A DNA stretch of 64,000 nucleotides from Octopus sinensis (lineage: Eukaryota), in assembly GCF_006345805.1 (NCBI RefSeq), contig NC_043008.1, forward strand, positions 59,148,001 to 59,212,000. Reading direction: 5' to 3'. Numbering within the stretch: the stretch's first letter is position 1; every line of letters starts with the position of its first letter. The notes under the pieces are model-generated. The model saw only the letters and a list, made by a program, of their open reading frames with translations, was not told where the DNA came from and made no database searches. Of the stretch, positions 27,241 to 42,903 are shown in pieces. Made by a program: the position numbers and the translations under genes.

Positions 27241-27334
27241 TGAATTTAGTAGTGAGTGAATATGTGACCGCGTGTGTATCGTTGACGATTTTTTTCACTC
27301 CGTCTTCTCTTCCTTAGATCTTTCCTTTTTCTAT

Positions 27335-27369
27335 GTTTCTGACGAAGAGCACCGCCCGAAACGTTAAAT
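27335..27369 (+). ncRNA. Minimal Penelope-type hammerhead motif
   Basis: GTTT-CTGACGA-A-GAGC(ACC)GCCC-GAAACGT-T-AAAT; intact core, palindromic ACGT stem III, one stem II mismatch; lies in a pyrimidine-rich repeat ending at (TA)n. Confidence 0.65.
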
Positions 27370-27649
27370 CCTCCATCTTTCTTTCCATTCCTGTGCGTCC
27401 AATAACACTATACTTGTTCCAGGTCCTCGCGTTGTTGTGTTTTCTCTTTGTGTTTATATATATATATATAGGGAGAGACAGAGAGGGGGAGGGGATACAG
27501 AGAAAATAAAGGAATTCTTGACCGCAGGATGGCTGTGATGACAGCTTAGAAAATCAGGTAAATACTCTTTAGAAGAGGTAGAAAGTGGCCAGCAAATGTG
27601 TGTTTTTTCCTTTCGTGTGTCTTTGTGTTGCGTTTGTCCTTCCTCCACT

Positions 27650-27830
27650 TCTTAACAACTGCTATTGATTTGTTCACATTACCCGTAAATTAGGGCTTCC
27701 GCAAATGACACTGATAAAATAAGTAGCAGATTTGGAAACAAGTACCAGGGTCAATTTGTTCGACTAGATCCATCGAGGCGATACCCCAGCATGGCCGCAG
27801 TCCAATGACGTAAGCAAGCAAAACGAAAAG
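27650..27830 (+). mobile_element. CORE-type SINE 3' half
   Basis: CCCCAGCATGGCCGCAGTCCAATGAC tail. Confidence 0.7.
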
Positions 27831-28134
27831 GAAAGAGTAAAACAATCGGTTGCTATTTTCAGCCAAATGGCTAATACCACAAAGGCCCTGTAACGGACTC
27901 ACTACATGGTCGTCAAAACCGCTAGAAATAGCAGCCAAATCTCCCTCAAATCATATTCGACCGTATTTAAACAATGCAAGACAATCAAAAAAGGTAGTCT
28001 GGGATAATCTCTGCCAGAAGAAACAAGGTGGTCACGGTCAAATTGTTATCAGTCATGTATGCTGGGTACAGACGGCTATGACGCTGAAACAATTACACAC
28101 ACATACAACATCTGTAATAGTTAATATTTACAAA

Positions 28135-28475
28135 TATGGCGACGGACTTGGTAAACACCCACAAAGTTATCAACCACCTCACCAACAACAACACTGAACA
28201 CCTTTTTGATCTCCATGTGTCTAACACACGTGGACATGCCTACAAAGTCAGAAAACAATACAGCTCTCATGACTTTCGGAAACATTTTTTCACGCTCAGA
28301 GTTGCTGAAGCATGGAATAAACTGCCTGCGTCAGTTGTTGACTGCCATGACACTGCATCTTTTAAGGCCCTCATGCTTTCCGAAATCCGCCGAAACTACA
28401 CCTGATTATATATACACTTTAGATGAGTTGTAGTGCACCTGAGCACTGTACACAATTATTATTATTATTATTATT
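28135..28475 (+). pseudogene. CR1-type LINE 3' end
   Basis: TRGHAYKVRKQYSSHDFRKHFFTLRVAEAWNKLPASVV is the classic CR1 ORF2 C-terminal pattern; ends in an (ATT)n tail. Confidence 0.85.
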
Positions 28476-28865
28476 AAATACTTACAAATATAGTCTTGTA
28501 ACTTTCTAGACACTTTGTTCTCGTGTATTAAACATGTATATATTTGGCAGTCATCTCATCTTCAAGTTTCTGTTATATTATATGAAGTTATATACTTCTT
28601 GTAGGAATCAATATTCTTTGGAATACGTAAATCATTTATATGTTAACCTTCGTCCGTTCCACTATTTCTCATAATTTAAGTTATTTATCACCAATAATCA
28701 TAAATAAATCATGTGTGTGTGTGTGTTGTGTGTGTGTGTGTGGTGTGTGTGCTTGTGTGCTTATACACACAAATACACATACACACAACACACACACATT
28801 ATATATGATGTGTGTGGTGTGCGTTTGTGTGTTTTACACACAAATACACACATTCACCCACATAC

Positions 28866-28900
<35 letters not shown>

Positions 28901-28969
28901 GTTTTATGCATGTGCGTGTGTGTGTGTATATATACATACACACAACATGTATAATACATACACACAAAC

Positions 28970-29000
<31 letters not shown>

Positions 29001-29168
29001 ATACATGTTATGCTGTGCGTTGTGTGGTGTGTTATTATACATACACACAACATTATATATAAATACACACAAACTATATATATATATATAATATATATAT
29101 ATATTGTTCTCACCTGCCTTCGTCTTTTGTTTATTTTCATAAAGATTCCGGTTATATATTATATATAT

Positions 29169-29211
<43 letters not shown>

Positions 29212-29750
29212 TATATGATGTGCGTATGTGTGTGATTTGTATTTCGTTTAGATTATAATGAATTATCGATCGATATCGAACTGCTTCAGTGAACGATAAT
29301 AATGTATCATATATACAGATATATATATATAACATTATAACAGTAGCCAAATCTCCAAGTAACTGACGAGCTGACCTCTTTACGAGGAAGGAAACCCATG
29401 TTGACTATTCATGCCTCGATCGCCAGAAACGACTTGAAATAGTACTTATATCTAAAAGGGTTTAGCATATAAAATGATTACGATGAGGATTTCGGTTGTG
29501 GAATACAGAAATAACTTAAGTATATTGCATTACATGAAGATGAGCGTACATATGTAATATGTAGCTGAGTGTGTTTGTGCGTGCTTCTGTGTGTGTGCGT
29601 GTGTGTGTATGTGTGTGTATATATATGTGTGTCTAACTAACAATGGGAGTGTATGTGCTTGACTAAAGCTGAGGCTTTCTCGTATAGAGGATGATAAAAT
29701 GTATGAGTGTGTATTTGTGTGTTTGTGTTTTTGTGTGGTGTGTGTGTATA

Positions 29751-29787
<37 letters not shown>

Positions 29788-29829
29788 TCTTTTACTCTTT
29801 TACTTGTTTCAGTCATTTGGCTGCGGCTA

Positions 29830-30460
29830 TTCTGTGGTCCATCAAAAATCCTCTGCTTTAATTTTTTCAATCGTCAAGTATGGAACTACACTGCAGATAT
29901 ACTTGAAGCACTCCCCATTTTTGTCAAGAGCTTTGACGAATTGCTTGATCAACCCGAGTTTGATGTGCAAAGGGGGGAAAATAATATTATCTCGTTCAAC
30001 TAAAAGTTCTTCCAATATATTGGCAGCTGTACGTGGTGACAGTCTTTCTAATTTCTTTATTACCCACAAGGGGCTAAACACAGAGGGGACAAACAAGGAC
30101 AGACAAAGGGATTAAGTCGATTACATCGACCCCAGTGCATAACTGGTACTTAACTCATCGACCCCGAAAGGATGAAAGGCAAAGTCGACCTCGGTGGAAT
30201 TTGAACTCAGAACGTAACTGCAGACGAAATACCGCTAAGCATTTCACCCGGCGTACTAACGTTTCTGCCAGCTCGCCGCTTTTCGAGACATCCAGTCTTT
30301 CTTAATATAGTGGTTTACTCGGTGTCTACTGTCCCACATGCAAAGAATGCATGAGTATTAGGTATAACTAAATTGCTGTTACATGAGAAAACTCACCATC
30401 TTTAAATCAACAGAGAGAAACCATTTATGATCATGATACAGTATCTTCTCTAAAATCAAC
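29830..30460 (-). pseudogene. Chapaev3-like transposase fragment, copy 2, interrupted by a SINE
   Basis: ILEKILYHDHKWFLSVDLKMVSF, SCILCMWDSRHRVNHYIKKDW, then after the SINE, NILEELLVERDNIIFPPLHIKLGLIKQFVKALDKNGECFKY. Superfamily name from recall. Confidence 0.8.
30052..30280 (-). mobile_element. SINE family 2
   Basis: Near-identical to 11781-12010. Confidence 0.92.
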
Positions 30461-30857
30461 TTAATTTCTTCCTATTTTTACTTCAGTGTTGTTGAATGGC
30501 CGAGTGGGCAGTCATATGCATTTCCGTTGTGCAACAATACTCATTTTAAATTATTGTTATTACCAGAACATGTCGTTTATCGATCGAACCGGATATATAA
30601 GGTGTGTCTGTGAATGTATGTTCGGGTGGCCAATTTGAAATGATCAATGATTAGTGCATTGCGCACATGGCTGTCCCAAAATTGAGGGTATCTTAGACAT
30701 GGTCATCAGTTACCAAATATTGCCATACACATACATACAAACATATGCATACATACAAATATACATACATACAAACATGCATACAAATATACATATATAC
30801 TTACGTACGTACATACATACATATTCACATATAAGCAGATATATATATATCTATACA

Positions 30858-31090
30858 TAAGGCGGCGAGCTGGCAGAAACGTTAACGCGCCGGACGAAAT
30901 GCTTAGCGGTATTTCGTCTGTCGTTACGTTCTGAGTTCAAATTCCGCCGGGGTCGACTTTGCCTTTCATCCTCTCGGGGTCGATAAATAAAGTACCAGTT
31001 TCGCACTGGGTCGATATAATCGACTTAACACCTTTGTCTGTCCTTGTTTGTCCCCTCTATGTTTAGCCCCTTGTGGGTAGTAAAGAAATA
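30858..31090 (+). mobile_element. SINE family 2, full length
   Basis: TAAGGCGGCGAGCTGGCAGAAACGTTA...GAGTTCAAATTCC...CCCCTTGTGGGTAGTAAAGAAATA. Confidence 0.92.
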
Positions 31091-31562
31091 TATATATATA
31101 TATATCTATACATGTGTATGTATATGTATGTGTGTGTATATGTATGTACACACATATTGCGTCTCATAATGGTTTTCTAAATAGTTATATATACTCCAAT
31201 ACTAAAATATATGCGGTTGAGTGTTAGTGTTTTCGCGCCTGTGTGTGAGTGTATGTGTTTGTGTCTCTGAGTGCTTGCATGCGTGTATGTGTGTCCATTC
31301 ATACATACATACATACATTTATAGAGCGTTTCAAAATTCTTTTATGAAATTTAAAACGAAAAAAAGACAACAAATAATCACTTCGGTTTTCATTGTTTTA
31401 TTGAAAACAAATTCCAATAAGTTTTTTTTTTTTGTTTTAGAAAATCCGGCAGAGACTCATTGTTCAATAAGTAATCAATGAATTTCTCTGGAGCTGCCTT
31501 TTCCTATTCAATAATTCATTATTCTGTAAGTATTTATCTGCACACGCACACATGCACACACA

Positions 31563-31595
<33 letters not shown>

Positions 31596-31612
31596 CACAC
31601 ACACACACACCA

Positions 31613-31647
<35 letters not shown>

Positions 31648-32181
31648 AAATGTGTTATGATACTATTCACTATATACAAAAACAGCCATACCAACAACCC
31701 AACATACTTCCATTGTCAGATGCCCCACAAGAGAGACAGACGGACAGACATATATATATAGAGAGATGAGCGAAATATATATATATACACTCACATACAT
31801 AGATACATATATACATATTTAGACACACTTTTTTATCCGAGGAGAGGCAATGCGAGCAACAGCCACAGGAACATCACAAAATCCACAGAAAGACCAAATA
31901 CATACAAATATTCATATACTCATGTATATCTATAAAGCCCGACATTTAAAAATTTTTAAATTTAGTAATGTATAAATATATCATATAAAAATATAAATTT
32001 GCATATAGACACATATATACATAAATATACATAAACTACACATACTCACACACATAATACCATTGTGTGTATGTGTGCGTGTATAAGTGTGTCCATTTTT
32101 GTGGTTTGTAGAAATAATCTGAGAAGTCGTTACCTAACTCTACATTTGCTCTGACTGAAGTCGTAATTATCTGTCTCACTC

Positions 32182-32220
<39 letters not shown>

Positions 32221-32325
32221 ACACACACATACACATATATATATATACATACATATATACATATGCGCCTCAAAAATGGGGCACTGTAAGGGAGCACAAC
32301 CAAAACTCAGGCAGAACAAATCAGT

Positions 32326-32566
32326 ACATATACATACATACACACACACATATATACATACATACATACATACATGCATGCATGCATATATACATACATT
32401 CATACATACATACACACATACATACATACATACTTACATACAAACATACATACATACATGCATACATGCATACATACATACATACATACATGCATACGCA
32501 CATACATACATACATACGCACACACATACATACATGCATACATACATACATACATACATGCATGCA

Positions 32567-32597
<31 letters not shown>

Positions 32598-33237
32598 TTA
32601 CATACATGCATCCATCCATCCATCCATCCATACATACATACACTCATACATACATGCATACATACATTCACACATACATACACACATACATACATACATA
32701 CATACACACATACATACATACATTCATACATACATACATACATACATACATACATACATACACACATACACACATACACACATACATACATACACACATA
32801 CATACATACATTCATACATACATACGTACATACATACATATATACATACATATACACATACACACATACACACATACATACATACATATATACATGCATA
32901 CATACATACACACACATACACACATACATACATACATACATACATACATACATGCATACATGCACACATACATACATACATACATACATAATACATACAT
33001 ACATACATGCATACATACATACATACATACATACTACATACATACATACATCATACATACATACCACCAACACATACACACATACATACATACATACATA
33101 CATACATACATACATACATACATACATACATACACTACATACACATACAACAACATACATACATACATACATACATACATACATACATACATACATAACA
33201 TACATACATACATACATACATACATACATACATACGT
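32326..33237. repeat. Long imperfect (CATA)n/(CA)n array (~0.9 kb)
   Basis: Direct reading; source of the 200-320 aa HTYI/MYVC ORFs. Confidence 0.97.
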
Positions 33238-33594
33238 ATAAAACACGCTGCTGATTTTGAAATTCCAGTGAAAAAGCGTTTGATCTGGGTTCGTAACTGC
33301 CTCTTCCTCTATTGGCAAGAAATCTTGATATATAAAGCTAAATAATGACATACCCACATGTGTGTTTGTGTGTGTAATAGAAGATAGAGGAAGGCAAGGT
33401 ATCAACAATCCAGGTGTATTAGTTTGACGCTAAGGACTCTACACTCTTGTATAAAATGGAATGAGGAGAGAAAACAGACGAAGAGAGCACTAAAAGCAGT
33501 TAATTTAACATGTACAACCGTTAATCCGGACACTTTTTCTGTTTTTCCTCTCCGTATTTTTTTCCTCTCTCTATCCATTTTCTCTCGTCGTTCA

Positions 33595-33629
33595 TTTTTG
33601 TAGAAGAGCTCAGGCTCGAAACGTCAAAG
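33595..33629 (+). ncRNA. Minimal hammerhead-like motif, TGTAGA variant, degenerate C3
   Basis: TTT-TTGTAGA-A-GAGC(TCAG)GCTC-GAAACGT-C-AAAG. Confidence 0.5.
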
Positions 33630-33660
33630 CCACTTCCATTTTTCTAGAGCATCAAACTAA

Positions 33661-33845
33661 CAGGCGCAGGAGTGGGTGTGTGGTAAGTAGCTTGTTTACC
33701 AACCACATGGTTCCGGGTTCAGTCCCACTGCGTGGCACCTTGGGCAAGTGTCTTCTACTATAGCCTCGGGCCGACCAAAGACTTGAGAGTGGATTTGTAG
33801 TAGACGGAAACTGAAAGACGCTGAAAGAAGCCCGTCGTATATATG

Positions 33846-33915
<70 letters not shown>

Positions 33916-34135
33916 TGTGTGTGTTTGTGTGTCTGTGTTTATCCCCCTAGCATTGATTGATCACACCGATGCTGGTGTGTTTATGTCCCCGTTACTTAGC
34001 GGTTCGGCAAAAGAGACCGATAGAATAAGTACTGGACTTACAAAAGAATAAGTTCCGGGGTCGAGTTGCTCGATTAAAGGCGGTGCTCCAGCATGGCCGC
34101 AGTCAAATGACTGAAACAAGTAAGAGATTAAAGAG
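33661..34135 (+). mobile_element. CORE-type SINE (family 1), full length with an internal (TA)n expansion
   Basis: Complete head, CORE and tail. Confidence 0.92.
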
Positions 34136-34675
34136 AGTAATACAGCTAATTCTGACTTTTATTGACCTATCCTGTTTGCCAAATCAAACCACTATTATCA
34201 GTAATCTTTCTTTTGTGGACCTTCAAATAGCACAAAGCTAACCTTATGCAAAAAACAAATTTATCGTTTTACTTTCTTCACTATACACATTAAATAAATT
34301 ATAACTATATTCTTTAAAAAAGAAACCAGATATAATCACTAGTCTGAATTACATGCATGCAAAATTAAAACCAATTTTGTGCACTACATGAATCCTACAG
34401 GGAGGGTTGTTGAGAATAGAGTCGTTCACTAATAAAACATACGAAATGACATTCGTTGGGAACATCGCCAAAACAAATGCTATATTTATCAAACATCTAC
34501 GACACTTTGGTGAGATCGAATTCGTAGATGCCAGACGTGACAAAGCACGATATCGGAATATTTGCACACTCACATAAATTACAAATAAAGAGAGTCATAA
34601 ATAGTTAATTAAAGACGCCGAAGTATTCATTAAAAAATAACGATAAACTAAAAGTTTATGAGCGGATGCTAACAT

Positions 34676-34845
34676 AGGCGCAGGTGCGATTGTATGGTAA
34701 GAAGCTTGCCTCCCAACCACATGATCCCGGGTTCAGTCTCACTGCACGGCAATTTGTGTAACTTTTTCCTACTGTAACCCCGGGCCAACCAAATCTTTGT
34801 GAGTAGATCTGGTTGACGAAAGCTGAAAGGAAGCCCGTCGTATGT
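34676..34845 (+). mobile_element. CORE-type SINE 5' half
   Basis: Head and CORE match. Confidence 0.8.
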
Positions 34846-35551
34846 GTGTATGAGTGTGCGTGTGTGTGTGTATTTGTTTATATGTATGTGGGATGTGTGT
34901 GTAGGTATGTATCGTTGCTATTATGCGAAAGTGTAGTAACTCCAAAACGTTGTTTTTTCACAAAACGAAAAAATAGTTTTACCATCCCATAGCAAAACCG
35001 TTGTACCGCACTTAGACAATTTTTGCTATCTTGGCATCTAAAGTAGCTGGAGATACGACAGTTTGACCAAAAGAACCTGCTATAGTAAGCAAAAATAAAT
35101 ATTGAAAAAAACGCATTTGGCCAAATTTGGACATACTACAGTTTAACATAGTAGTATGTGGGATATATGTGTGAGTTTATAGTTACAACAGTTTGGCAAA
35201 ATTTAGATCGATAGAATAGGTACCAGGCTTTTAATAAAAGTATGGGGGCTAGTTTGTTCGATTTAATACCTTCCGAAACGGTGCCCCCAGCAGGCCTGAA
35301 CTAAAACATGTAACAGATAAAAGTAAAGATAAGAATATTGATAAGATAAGAAATTGCTCACACGAAATCAATAAACATTTAAAATTTAAAATACTATGAA
35401 TGCGTTTAGACAAAGAAATTTTAAATTCTAAGTAACTTTAAAAACCGAATAAGCAATCAAATGCTAATAGTTAAGTTAAGCTAAGTTAATTTTTTGGCTC
35501 AAAAAGCAAAAAGCAAGGCCATGTAGAGGGGAAAATACAACATTTATACTA

Positions 35552-35938
35552 TACTAGCAGTATCGCCCGGCGTTGCTCAGGTTTGTAAGGGAAATAACTA
35601 TAAAGCATTTTGAGAGAGTTATAGCCAAAAAATAGCAAAAAAATGGGAAAAAATGATGGTAAATTTTTTTTGAGAGTAAAAAAAGGTGGAGTTGCGTCCC
35701 CTAGACAGTTTGCGGTTTGTGTTTCTGATTCTCGACCCCATGACGAATTTATCGATTTTTTTCAGAACTGGGGGAACTTTTCAAAATTTTCGCTGCGTTA
35801 GTTTTGAATTATGACATTGGGCTATGTGTGTGTCAAGTTTCATCAGAATCGGTTGAAAGCCGTGGTCAGGGTGAGGGTACAAGCAAACAGACACACAGAA
35901 ACACGCACAGACAAACTGCCGTTTATATATAGAGAGAT
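35552..35938 (+). mobile_element. Non-autonomous Helitron-like element
   Basis: 5' TACTAGCAGTATCGCCCGGCGTTGCTC and 3' ACAGACAAACTGCCGTTTATATATAGAGAGAT; ends shared with 62926-63300. Confidence 0.65.
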
Positions 35939-36257
35939 TATACATATAATACAACATTTACACGCTATAAACTAGGCTAGAAAAACGAACCCATGAGTGG
36001 ATATATTTCAGTGTTCAAACTGATTGCTCAGTACCACACTAACCTAACGTTTATTTAAACTCGACACGAATGACCAAAAGTCTCGGTAGATGTCTTCTAT
36101 TCCTGTACATTGTTATATTAATCAAGCATGTGACGAGAGAATATAAAAGGCTTCACATTCAATTTAGTTAAATCTTATTTTTGAAATCATACCTGCGTCG
36201 ATGACAGCAGGTATCTTAATGAAGCATGCATTCATCCTCGAACACGCAGATGCACAT

Positions 36258-36288
<31 letters not shown>

Positions 36289-36621
36289 TACCCGTTCATT
36301 CATTCTCGCATCCATCCACAGTATATACATATATTTATGTACTATCCATATATGTAAAGGTGTCGGGCCGACAATCGTGTGGTTGTGAGTTCGATTTCAT
36401 GACCGGGTAGTGAATTTCATCACACACAACATGGACAAAATTTCTTCCTAAGAATAAATATATATTCAAGTAAATAAAACATAATATTATAAATAGCGAT
36501 AGCGAAACTGGTCGATATATTAAAAATTACATTAAAACTATGTAAGTGTGCGTATTTTCCTTTTTAATTTCTTATATACATTACAACTCACCACGTGGGG
36601 ATAATCTAAATTCCTCTTTTC

Positions 36622-39220
<2,599 letters not shown>

Positions 39221-39269
39221 ATATAATACCTGTACATCATCTCCAAACCTTCCAATATATATATATATA

Positions 39270-40393
39270 TATACGTCTCGCTTTTATCCTTCGAAACGTT
39301 TAGTAGATGAAATCTTAGCGACTGAAGAAGGGGATTTTTCGTTGTGCTTATTGTCCTGTATCTCTCCTTTTTTTTGCTTGTCTTGTTCCTTGGTTTGTGT
39401 CTATGTGTTTCGTCTCTCTATGTGTTCGACGTCTTTTTGGTGTCCTGTACACATATATGCGTGTATATGTACATGTAGAGGTAGGTACGTACATATATGT
39501 TTATATATATGCATATATTCTATTTTATTAACATATTATACGACTAAACGCACGCACCCTATTAAGTAAGATTGTTCTGTTTATCAAGTTAGCCTTGATA
39601 TTAACTCTCACGCGACTCTGCATCTTTCTTTCTTTCTCTCCCATTCCCTTTTTCGTCTTTTTTTCCCTCACTTAACTTGTCTCTTCCTCTCTCTCTCATT
39701 CTTCATTCTCTCTCTCCCTTTCACCATTCTTCATGGTCTCCTCGCACCATTCCCCTTCTTCTCTCTCTTCCTCTTGCTCCTCCTCCCCCATTCCCGTCAT
39801 CCATCTGCGACGATACTTCCGTCGTAACTGCTATCCTGTCTTTTCTCGCCCGCCTTGTAAGGCTTCTGGTCGACAAATTTTCCCTCTCTCGTCTTCCACG
39901 ATAATCCAGCGTTTGCAATACTTTTTTCGTCTGGTGTTAACAGCCTTCTTATCTTGTTCTCCTTGTCCTGTCTCTCACTGTTATATATTTATTTTTCCAC
40001 TGTTTATATATATATTTTTTACTGTTTATATGTTTGTACTGTCGTTACCGTCTTGCTTTTTTTTACCCCTCTGCGAAAAGATCTCAGAATTTTAATTGAT
40101 TTGCTTTTCGCGGGAAGGAATTTTTCTTCGAAGTATACGTCTCGCTTTTATCCTTCGAAACGTTTAGTAGATGAAATCTTAGCGACTGAAGAAGGGGATT
40201 TTTCGTTGTGCTTATTGTCCTGTATCTCTCCTTTTTTTTGCTTGTCTTGTTCCTTGGTTTGTGTCTATGTGTTTCGTCTCTCTATGTGTTCGACGTCTTT
40301 TTGGTGTCCTGTACACATATATGCGTGTATATGTACATGTAGAGGTAGGTACGTACATATATGTTTATATATATGCATATATTCTATTTTATT

Positions 40394-40400
<7 letters not shown>
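39270..40400 (+). mobile_element. 267-bp direct repeats 864 bp apart, with degenerate HHR remnants (Penelope pLTR-like)
   Basis: 39270-39536 matches 40134-40400 with no difference found by eye; contains CTGAAGA-A-GGGG and TCCTTC-GAAACGT half-motifs. Confidence 0.7.
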
Positions 40401-40459
<59 letters not shown>

Positions 40460-40486
40460 TATGCGAGTGTGTATAATTCTGTTTAA

Positions 40487-40625
40487 AGTTCCGTGGTTTG
40501 GTGATTATAGTGTTCAGCTCACATTTATAAGATCATGGGTTCGATTCTTGAACTGGGTTGCGCGTTATGACTTTGAGCAAGGCACATCATCTCATTATTT
40601 TCTAACCTACTCAACTATAAATTAG
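40487..40625 (+). mobile_element. Old tRNA/CORE-like SINE fragment
   Basis: B-box GGGTTCGATTC and CORE-like CTTTGAGCAAGGCAC. Confidence 0.5.
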
Positions 40626-41092
40626 TATAAGCAAAAGTGCCTCTCCGCCTGGTTCACTCGCCACCTGATTTACTCTCGGTGTTTTTACTGGTTTAAAGGT
40701 ACAATAGCCAAGAGACAGTCGATTTCTGCTCATGACTTCTTAAGCGTTTAAACAATGAGAAACAACGCGTTACAAACTACCGGGTAGTATTCGCTTGCGG
40801 ATACTTCTGTATGCCTCTATATATATTCTGACGTGTGTATCTGTGTGTCAAAAAGTGAATGAAATTAAATAGATGCAAACTATGTGAAATCCGGTCGGAT
40901 AATTCGAAGTTCCGGCCTTGTCACATACCATTATGCTCTGCTGATACTGCTGGGGAATTACAGCAATTGTATATACGACTGTCGGAGACTCTGGCACACG
41001 TTTCTTTAAGGATGAACATTTTATTTGAGGGAGAAAAGAAAAACAACTGAATTTTTTTTTGTCGCAACTGTCAAAGTACCCGACATCGCGTT

Positions 41093-41143
<51 letters not shown>

Positions 41144-42206
41144 CAGCAGCAGCAGCAGTAGTAGTCACTTTACACAAAGATTTATTCCCCAATCAAGAGA
41201 CAGTGGCGATATGTTTACAATATGGCAGCCATTACAAAGTGTGAATACATTTTTCTACTGCTGAGATGAGCAAGCCCAGAATGCAGGTGTCGGTTTTATA
41301 TTAAAATGCCGATATCACTTTAAATACTTATATGAGTACTGTGTGTATTGTGAGAAGGATATTATGATAGTTGATTAGCCAATAACAGTCCAGTTGGTTG
41401 GCAGAATATTTCTGAATTCTCGAAGGAAAATTGCGAATATTATCTGAAGCGGACATATTCTTTTGACATATTGATCTTATTATGTGGCTTTGCCTTTAGC
41501 TTGCGTATTTGATCTCCCAATCAAATGATATATGTAAATACCAATTTTCTAGCTCTGCAGTCACAATCTTCATTGCTGAATAACACACAGCAATCCTTTC
41601 CAAACATACATTGAAATATTTCTAATGGAAGATTAACTCGGCGAACTATATTTCTTCTGTCTGTATATATAGACATACGTTGAAAAACAAACAACAAAAA
41701 CAAGCCACATTCATTACATTGTTCGCGAAACAGAACGACTTCTATTTTATTTCTCCGTCTCCATCGATATGCAGGTTTTACCATTCAATATACAGGAATC
41801 TAACGACTACCATTTCATTTTGGTTTCGTTCTATGTTCGCTCTAGGATTTAAAACGTGAAAAGTTTTCTTTAACGCTCACAGTTTATGTAACCATACAAT
41901 CAGGAGAATAAACGTAGTGCTTAGGTAACAACTAATACTTAGTGATGTAAATCTAATGTCGACGGGTTATATGACGAAAATTGCATTCCATGTGAGAAAC
42001 ATCTAAGTAAATATCTTACACATTATTTACATTATTAACATTTGACAGATATTTGTCCTCATTTTGTTTGTCGTTAACACGTTTCGGGCATATTATCAGT
42101 ATGGGGTGCATATGCACAGTTAGTAATTGTATGTGATATGTGTGTGTGTGTGTATTTATATGCCTTGTAGTTGTGGTTAATGAATGCATGTCACATACAC
42201 ATGATT

Positions 42207-42253
42207 GCGCGGGCAACTAACCCCAAGATTCCGAGTTCGATTCCAGGCAGTGA

Positions 42254-42325
<72 letters not shown>

Positions 42326-42480
42326 CAACAACATCGAAAAAATGCCTTAGGAATGAGAACCCAGATTCGAAATTTCCCCAAGACACCTGATGAAGACTGG
42401 AGTGTATATCAGCCGAAACGTGTTAACAACAAACAAGATGAGGACAAATGTCCGTCAAATGTAAATAATGTAAATAATAT
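42207..42480 (+). mobile_element. tRNA-headed element with (AAT)n linker and an HHR-containing tail
   Basis: B-box GAGTTCGATTCC at 42233-42244, (AAT)n, then GACAC-CTGATGA-A-GACTG...CAGCC-GAAAC-GTGTT at 42382-42424. Confidence 0.75.
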
Positions 42481-42526
42481 TCATTCTTCACTTTAGCTTT
42501 ATTACTTTTTTTCTTTTTTTCTTTTT

Positions 42527-42903
42527 TTACTTGTTTCAGTCATTTGACTGCGGCCATGCTGGAGCACCGCCTTTAATCGAGCAACTCGACCCCAGGACTT
42601 ATTCTTTTGTAAGCCCAGTACTTATTCTATCGGTCTCTTTTGCCGAACCGCTAAGTAACGGGAACATAAACACACCAGCAGACACACAAACACAGACACA
42701 CAAACACACACACGCATATATATATACATATATACGACGGGCTTCTTCCAGTTTCCGTCTACCAAATCCACTCACAAGGCTTTGGTCGGCCCGAGGCTAT
42801 AGTAGAAGACACCTGCCCAAGGTGCCACGCAGTGGGACTGAACCCGGAACCCGGAACCATGCGGTTGGTAAACAAGCTACTTACCACACAGCCACTCCTG
42901 CGC
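42527..42903 (-). mobile_element. CORE-type SINE (family 1)
   Basis: Reverse complement of 33661-34135 with a small internal deletion. Confidence 0.9.

Noticed and set aside
32276-33254. 200-320 aa ORFs rich in HTYI/MYVC (also 63324-63966, 5475-6018 and similar)
   Set aside because: Translations of (CATA)n and (TA)n microsatellites, which lack stops in several frames; no coding evidence.
41521-41784. 87-aa Cys-containing ORF / possible exon
   Set aside because: No recognisable domain, weak splice context, and length expected by chance.
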